A stretch of DNA of 64,000 bases. Origin: Heteronotia binoei. Taxonomy: Eukaryota. The position numbers and the translations under genes were made by a program. Shown here piece by piece: positions 62,211 to 64,000 of the stretch. The stretch lies in the NCBI RefSeq assembly GCF_032191835.1, contig NC_083231.1, forward strand, positions 38,006,001-38,070,000. Reading direction: 5' to 3'. The notes below the pieces were generated by a model. The model did not search any database. It saw only the letters and a program-made list of their open reading frames with translations, and was not told the origin of the DNA. How positions within the stretch are numbered: position 1 is the stretch's first letter; every line of letters begins with the position of its first letter.

Positions 62211-64000
62211 CTTCATGGGAACAAATCCTGTTCATTGCATGTAGCATGGTACCTCTGCAAACCTGCTGCTGTGGCTTACCTACAGACTTCCCACCTCTCC
62301 TTGCTCACAGACCTACAGCTGCTCATTGTTCAGTAACTGCCTGAGGCAGGCAGGTCTGAAGCTCAGCCTGTGGGCAGTTTCAGAGTTGAACACGGCCAGC
62401 TCACCTGTTAAATCTGCCCACTGTGAAGGTCACAGGATGCCTACATGCAAGTGAGTGTATGGACCTATTCAACAACTTGATGCAGGCAACAGATTTTTTT
62501 TTAACTATATCACTTGGATGAATATATTGCAGAATCTATTGCAGAAAAGGACTCTGTTCAGGTATAACTAGTAGCAAAGAAATAAAATCTCTTCACTGCT
62601 GTCATTGTCATAGAACAGCCTCAAAGTGGCTTCTGTGTTGCACTTGGTCAAATCTTTCATGACTCTCCTGCCATTTACATTCTAGCAATTTCACTGCCAT
62701 TTAATTGCTTGCAGCTCCTCAGAAATTCAGGGAGAATCTTAGCCTCCTAGGAGAGCAACTGTTTTAACTTCCAAGCCATTTCTCTATTTTCAAAGTTTCC
62801 GGCTTGACAGAAAGCTAGAAGTATCAAGAAAAAATTCTGGAAACCAACCAACTACCTTCACCTGTGGTTTAATCCAGCCTAACCCAACCTTGTATAAACG
62901 TTTAAACTTCAAGAAATCGTGTGACTTCTCAGCACATTCAAACTTTCAGCAAGATCACTAACAATGAAGGGTTCTGCAGTTGTTTTGTTAAGTTTTAGTT
63001 AGTGACCAGCAGTAGCTGTTCCTATAAATGTTCTTCTCATTAATGCTTTTGAAGTATTCTTGCACTAGAAATCTAATTTTGTTCCAAGACTTCCAAAGAG
63101 AGTGATTGAATAGCTAGATTGTGCGGCAGTTTCTAAACAGGCTCTTGGCAGCACAGTGCACCTTTAACACAGGAATATGTCATCTTTACATGCAGCTGCA
63201 AAACAAAGCACATTGAAAAGAAGTGTAGGAAGAGAGAAGAGAGTAAAACCACTACATGTTAAATATATACTGCCTCGAAGGCAAGTTTATTGCAGCAGTC
63301 TTCTGGAGAATGAACAGCATAGCATTTGAAGTGTGCTGACTAGCCAAAGTACTTTTTGGATGCTACTTCTATACATTTCCAGTTACCAGATTTCATTCAC
63401 GCTTGCTCAGGGGAACATTCTTTCCGTCATAGGAAAGGACATCCAGCATAAGTCAGCTCCCAAGAGGAATGTCAAACATAATACTAAAAACAAAGCAAAA
63501 ACTGAAGAGAATAAAAACTGAATCCAATAAAAATTTTAGATGAAATGAAATATGGCTACCTATGTCTGAGTGACACAGAGTTTATGAGGAGAGTAAGATC
63601 TTGTAATAAAAATACAGTTAATAAAAAGCAGAAGCAATAATGTAGATTTTTTTATAACAATAGATTTTTGTTTTCAGGATTACATTTGGATTTTTTTTTT
63701 AAACTCCAGGCTTTAGATGGTTTGCTGTAGTTTAAATATAAATATTCAAGTGAGACTTGTGAGACCTTTACCTCTCCTCTTAAGCAGATTTCATAAATAA
63801 ACATGGCTATGGTATATAATCTCCTAATACGATATATCAACCTGCCATTTTTTTGTTGCAAGCAAAAAACATTAGATATGAAAACACAGGACTGAACAGA
63901 ATAAAAATCAGATGGGCACCTTGGGTTATTTACTAATTCATTTCCACATACTGTTGACATATGTTTTAAGATTAAAAGCAGTGGTTTCATCTTTTCTTTG

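Overview
Non-coding, transposon-rich vertebrate DNA. The repeat set (Sauria SINE, 5S-derived SINE, CR1, L2, L1, R4/Dong, RTE-BovB, Penelope, many hAT MITEs with TAGGGTTGCCA ends) points to a squamate, probably a gecko; this is an inference. There are two N-gaps. I could not support any host protein-coding exon: every long ORF that I recognise is retrotransposon-derived, and there is no rRNA, tRNA or CRISPR locus. Main structures: (1) a three-level nest, with a Gypsy pol remnant split by a CR1, itself split by an apparently full-length RTE-BovB (3,989 bp between 11-bp TSDs) whose ORF has only two 1-bp frameshifts; (2) an L1 5'UTR+ORF1 split by a 369-bp Penelope-type insert (11-bp TSD) carrying a minimal hammerhead-ribozyme motif, then truncated by a CR1 that contains a palindromic Harbinger-like MITE; (3) two copies of one LTR family about 56.9 kb apart, the second a complete solo LTR with a 4-bp TSD; (4) an apparent CpG island at 54.0-54.9 kb that is really an 897-bp non-autonomous hAT element with TIRs and a perfect 8-bp TSD. 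I found no convincing wholly new system; the best leads are the Penelope hammerhead and the CpG-rich hAT cargo. Family assignments come from motif recognition, not database searches.
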